Shown: one piece after another, positions 50,597 through 54,348 of the stretch
Layout: every line of letters begins with the position of its first letter
Numbering within the stretch: the stretch's first letter is position 1
Assembly: GCA_047623385.1 (NCBI GenBank)
Contig: JBLHLU010000001.1
Location: forward strand, 1-54,348
Source of the DNA: Paraglaciecola psychrophila
GTDB lineage: Bacteria; Pseudomonadota; Gammaproteobacteria; Pseudomonadales; Dasaniaceae
DNA: 54,348 nucleotides
Direction: 5' to 3'
The notes under the pieces: model-generated
What the model was told of the DNA's origin: nothing
Databases searched by the model: none
Seen by the model: only the letters and a program-made list of their open reading frames with translations
Position numbers and translations under genes: made by a program

Positions 50597-52360
50597 ATGA
50601 TTTTAAAAACACTTTTAAGGCCACCGGAAGAGCAGGCCAAACAGCAATTGACGTTATTAACTGTAACGCTGCGCCGAGCGCTGGCCCTGCAATTGAGTTG
50701 TTTGCTATTTATTGAGCTAACGATTTTCTCGGCGGAACCGCAATGGCGACTGGCCTATTGGGGGCTGGCACTGACCACCAGCTTCGCCTATTTATATTGG
50801 TTAGGGCACTGTTATCAGCGCTCTGCTGACAGCCACGAGGGGCTGTATTGGCAGCGGCGTTTTACCTTGGGCAACGGTTTGTCAGCACTGCTATGGGGCG
50901 CTGGCACAGCGCTACTTTTGAGTACCGGCGTGCAGCTGCTGCTACTGTTGATCATTGGAATTCTACTTGCTGCAGCGCTGTATTTTTATGCCTGCCACCC
51001 CGCCAGCTTGCGTATCTACAGTCTATTACTGCTGTTGCCGCCGATCGGCGTGGTGTTTGCCGGCAACACTCCGGTCACGGTTGGTAGCGGTCTAGTGTTA
51101 ACTGCGCTACTAGCAATCACCGTGATCGCCGGGCGGCAGATCGATCGTCTTTACCGGCAGCTGGCAACTCTGCGCACCGACAACCAACTGCTGCAGAGCC
51201 AGCTTAGCAAGGAGCAGTACCAAGCCGAGGCCGCGGCAAAAAAAGCGCAGGAAGTCAATATTGCCAAATCGAAATTTCTCGCCGCTACCAGCCACGATTT
51301 GCGCCAACCGCTGCACGCCATGGGTCTACTACTTTACTCGCTAAAAGCCACCCTCAACAACGAACAGCAAAATGTTCTGCTGACTCAAGTTGAGCGGTCC
51401 CATAAAACCATGGAACAATTATTCAACGCACTGTTAGATGTATCCAAGCTCGACGCAGGCGTAGTGGAAACCCATATTCAAAGCCTGTCACTGGCCGATA
51501 TTTTTTCCCACCTGCGCGACGAGTTGACTCCTATGGCTCACAACAAAGGACTGGTGCTTACCGTTGAGCCGATCGCTGGGTGGGTCAATTCCGACCCGGT
51601 GTTGCTGCCGCGAATTGTTCGCAACCTAATCCATAATGCTATCGTGCACTCCGACAGTGGCTCAGTGGCGGTGACTGCCCGTGAGAACCCCCACTCTATT
51701 ACCCTCTCGGTGGCCGATACGGGTCCAGGCATTCCCATAGAAGAGCGCACCACTATTTTTGCAGAATTTCACCAGCTGCGTAATCCCGAGCGCGATCGCA
51801 ACAAAGGCCTGGGGCTGGGGCTAGCCATTGTCAGTCGACTGTGCGGCCTGCTGGGCCACGATCTATCCTTTGACTCCATCGTCGGCGAGGGATCTAACTT
51901 TTCTATTCGGGTGGCCAAGGCCACCACCGCACCATTAAAAATTAATAACCGGACGCCGTCATCAGCTCAGCCAGTTCCCGGTTGCGGTCTGAAGATACTT
52001 GTGGTCGATGACGAAACCTCCATCCTCGATGCCATGGAACGGTTACTAGTGGGCTGGGGCTACCGGCCCGCTATCGCCAACTCCAAAGCCGCCGCCTTGG
52101 ACATTGTCAGCAAAGGTTTTGATCCTGATTTTGCAATCTGTGATTTCCGACTTCAGGACAACGTTACCGGTGTCGATGTATTGAAGCTAATCAACGCGCG
52201 ACTGGGGCGTAAAATACCGGCCTTGTTGGTCACTGGAGACACCGCACCGGAACGTATTAAGGAAGCCCACACCAGCGGTTACGCACTGTTGCACAAACCT
52301 ATCAGACCTGCCAAGCTTCGAACCGCGGTCAATAGAATAATGCGTGCTACGCTGCAATAA
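50597..52360 (+). CDS. Hybrid sensor histidine kinase (multi-TM, HisKA, HATPase, REC)
   Basis: FLAATSHDLRQP, RNLIHNA, DTGPGI, GLGLGL and a C-terminal REC (VVDDE, CDFRL, HKP). Confidence 0.93.
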   Translation: MILKTLLRPPEEQAKQQLTLLTVTLRRALALQLSCLLFIELTIFSAEPQWRLAYWGLALTTSFAYLYWLGHCYQRSADSHEGLYWQRRFTLGNGLSALLWGAGTALLLSTGVQLLLLLIIGILLAAALYFYACHPASLRIYSLLLLLPPIGVVFAGNTPVTVGSGLVLTALLAITVIAGRQIDRLYRQLATLRTDNQLLQSQLSKEQYQAEAAAKKAQEVNIAKSKFLAATSHDLRQPLHAMGLLLYSLKATLNNEQQNVLLTQVERSHKTMEQLFNALLDVSKLDAGVVETHIQSLSLADIFSHLRDELTPMAHNKGLVLTVEPIAGWVNSDPVLLPRIVRNLIHNAIVHSDSGSVAVTARENPHSITLSVADTGPGIPIEERTTIFAEFHQLRNPERDRNKGLGLGLAIVSRLCGLLGHDLSFDSIVGEGSNFSIRVAKATTAPLKINNRTPSSAQPVPGCGLKILVVDDETSILDAMERLLVGWGYRPAIANSKAAALDIVSKGFDPDFAICDFRLQDNVTGVDVLKLINARLGRKIPALLVTGDTAPERIKEAHTSGYALLHKPIRPAKLRTAVNRIMRATLQ

Positions 52361-52470
52361 ATGATAACAAACGGACACTACCATAGTGAGTACGGTGAAC
52401 ATTTATTCGGCTAATTAATGCAATAAACTAGCACCATTATACGGTGGCTACTACAGTACTAACGTTAGCT

Positions 52471-52528
52471 CTAACGACAGCATTAGTTACAGTTCTAACT
52501 ACAGTTCTAACGATAGCGTTAATTACAG
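52471..52528. repeat. Nested degenerate repeats (TACAGTTCTAAC x2; CTAACGAyAGCrTTArTTACAG x2)
   Basis: Read directly upstream of the PP2C gene. Confidence 0.65.
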
Positions 52529-52568
52529 CACTAGCAATCCATAGCATCGACTACAGCACCGACATATT

Positions 52569-53336
52569 ATGCCGACATTAGAAATAGCAGGCCTAACTCA
52601 CATAGGTCAAATAAGAGAAGAAAATCAAGACGCTATCGGCTGGCAGACGCAAGCCAAACTAGGCTTCGGTCACTTAGTCGTCTGCGATGGCATGGGGGGT
52701 TATTCCGGCGGCGCCGTCGCCAGCAGCTTGGCAGTCGAGGCTATTGATCAAGATCTTGCGGCGATACCGGGTAGTTGGTTTTTATCGCGTGTAATGGACG
52801 AACAACTCGCCCATATAGAAACGGCACTTATCGACAGTGTACAGCGAGCCAACCGACTCATTCTTGAGCATCAGCAACAGCATCCGCAGAACGGTCAAAT
52901 GGGCACCACCGTGGTTGCCATGGTGATTTGGAACCGTCATCTTGTGGTCGCACATGTCGGCGATTCCCGAGCCTATTTATGGCAGCAAAACCAATTGCAA
53001 GCCATCACGCGGGACGACTCACTGGTGCAAGATATGATCGACTCGGGTCAGCTCCATCCCGATGAAGCCGAAAACTATCCCTCCAAAAACGTGCTGACCA
53101 TGGCACTGGGCGTTCAGGCTGAAGTGGTGCCCACTATCTCCGATCTCGGCCTGCAAACCCACAGTATTTTATTGGCCTGTAGTGATGGTTTGACCAATTA
53201 TCTATCCGATGCCGATATCAACGAGGCTATTAACAATGGTTATCAACTCACCGAGACTTGCAACCGCCTTATTGAACGTGCCAATGCGCTGGGTGGCAAG
53301 GACAACATTTCAGTACTGATGGCGGAAATTAACTAA
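52569..53336 (+). CDS. PP2C-family Ser/Thr phosphatase (PppA/Stp1-like)
   Basis: THIGQIREENQD, VCDGMGG, MGTT, AHVGDSRAY, CSDGL and GGKDNIS. Confidence 0.93.
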   Translation: MPTLEIAGLTHIGQIREENQDAIGWQTQAKLGFGHLVVCDGMGGYSGGAVASSLAVEAIDQDLAAIPGSWFLSRVMDEQLAHIETALIDSVQRANRLILEHQQQHPQNGQMGTTVVAMVIWNRHLVVAHVGDSRAYLWQQNQLQAITRDDSLVQDMIDSGQLHPDEAENYPSKNVLTMALGVQAEVVPTISDLGLQTHSILLACSDGLTNYLSDADINEAINNGYQLTETCNRLIERANALGGKDNISVLMAEIN

Positions 53337-53508
53337 CACAACCCGAAACAATAGCCGACATTTACCGATCACCGCATAGATAGAACAAAGTAATCGCCCG
53401 CAAGCCTTGTATCGACTTGGAAAAACGCGCTAATCTAACATGCCAGCAGGCCATCTAACACTCGGCCATTACGCTATCCGACTAACCCTAAGTATTTACG
53501 CCAAAAGC

Positions 53509-54348
53509 ATGAATTTAACACTCACGATAATCAGCAGTCCAAATCCACAATTGGCTCAGGGCGAGGTGTTCGAGCTAGGCGCCGGCGGCAGTATTGGTCG
53601 CGGTGCCAGCAACAGCTGTGTCTTGCCGGACGATGAAAAAGTTATCTCCGGTTCCCACGCTACTGTCGAATTGCAGGGCGCCGGCTTTGTACTCGTCGAT
53701 CACAGTACCAACGGCACTTTTCTCAATGGCAGCCTAAGTCCCACCGGTAGAGATTTGCGCACCGACATTAACGACGGTGATCAACTCACTATTGGCAGCT
53801 ATATATTGAGCGTGGCTATTATCATTGAATCGGCAGCCCCGCCGCAGGCTAACCCGACCCCAACAAGTAGCTTTTTGGACGACTTTTCGCCGGCAGCCGC
53901 TGCACCGCTGGTAGCACCGACGCCACCAACACCGGCCCCAATGGCAACAGCGGCCACAGAAATTGACGATCTCGACAAGTGGCTGGCGCCGCAAACACAT
54001 CAGGCCACACCGCAAGCACCGCCCGCCTTTGCACCGCTTGCCGATGCCAACCACAGTGGCAACGCTTTTAGCGACCTAGAGCACCGCGAGTTGGATCCTT
54101 TGAAAGCGCTGGACGCAGCCATTGGTGAGCCCAGCATCGGCAACAGTTTTCTCGATGAAGATGATGACGACGACTGGTGGCAGCAGCCACAACAGGACAG
54201 CGGACCGGCAATTAACCATGCCGCTGATGTGCCGCAGCCGATAGCTCAACAGCCTGTTGTTCAGCAGCCGGAAGTTCAGCAACCCATAACTCAACCACCG
54301 ATAGCTCAGCAATCGGTAGCACCACCAGCAACTTTTGTTGCCGAGTCG
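53509..54348 (+). CDS. tagH: T6SS-associated FHA domain protein TagH/Fha, 3'-truncated by the window edge
   Basis: Hand translation from ATG 53509: MNLTLTIISSP...GGSIGRGASNSCVLPDDEKVISGSHA...VDHSTNGTFLNG...INDGDQLTIGSY, then a Pro/Gln/acidic linker with LDPLKAL. No stop occurs before the window end. Confidence 0.88.
   Translation, partial: MNLTLTIISSPNPQLAQGEVFELGAGGSIGRGASNSCVLPDDEKVISGSHATVELQGAGFVLVDHSTNGTFLNGSLSPTGRDLRTDINDGDQLTIGSYILSVAIIIESAAPPQANPTPTSSFLDDFSPAAAAPLVAPTPPTPAPMATAATEIDDLDKWLAPQTHQATPQAPPAFAPLADANHSGNAFSDLEHRELDPLKALDAAIGEPSIGNSFLDEDDDDDWWQQPQQDSGPAINHAADVPQPIAQQPVVQQPEVQQPITQPPIAQQSVAPPATFVAES

Overview
Bacterial chromosome segment, most likely a marine gammaproteobacterium (gene order and proteins resemble Pseudomonadales/Cellvibrionales; this is inference, not a database result). 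Bases 1-35.5 kb are mostly housekeeping and metabolic genes: a BVMO/thiolase-like/reductase operon, a class III cyclase-PilZ fusion, ribE, lhgO, parE-cpdA-yqiB/tolC, D-2-HG dehydrogenase/serA, tkt-pgk-fba, and sahR-metK-ahcY-metF-rsmE with a clear SahR-type operator. From about 35.8 kb to the end lies the left part of a type VI secretion (T6SS) locus: hcp-vgrG-DUF6931-PAAR, a cyclase-FHA gene split by a 59-bp tandem duplication, a two-component pair, a PP2C phosphatase and a TagH/Fha gene that runs off the window and is absent from the ORF track. Divergent from hcp is a five-gene envelope operon (Ser/Thr kinase-FGE fusion, secreted protein, TPR/CsgG-like lipoprotein, protein with about 8 FN3 domains, small secreted protein). 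This operon is the best candidate for an undescribed system, possibly a surface-sensing input to T6SS phospho-regulation with a cAMP/CRP link. Many short degenerate tandem duplications sit in intergenic regions. No rRNA, tRNA, CRISPR array or transposase was recognised. All calls come from motif reading by eye; no searches were run.
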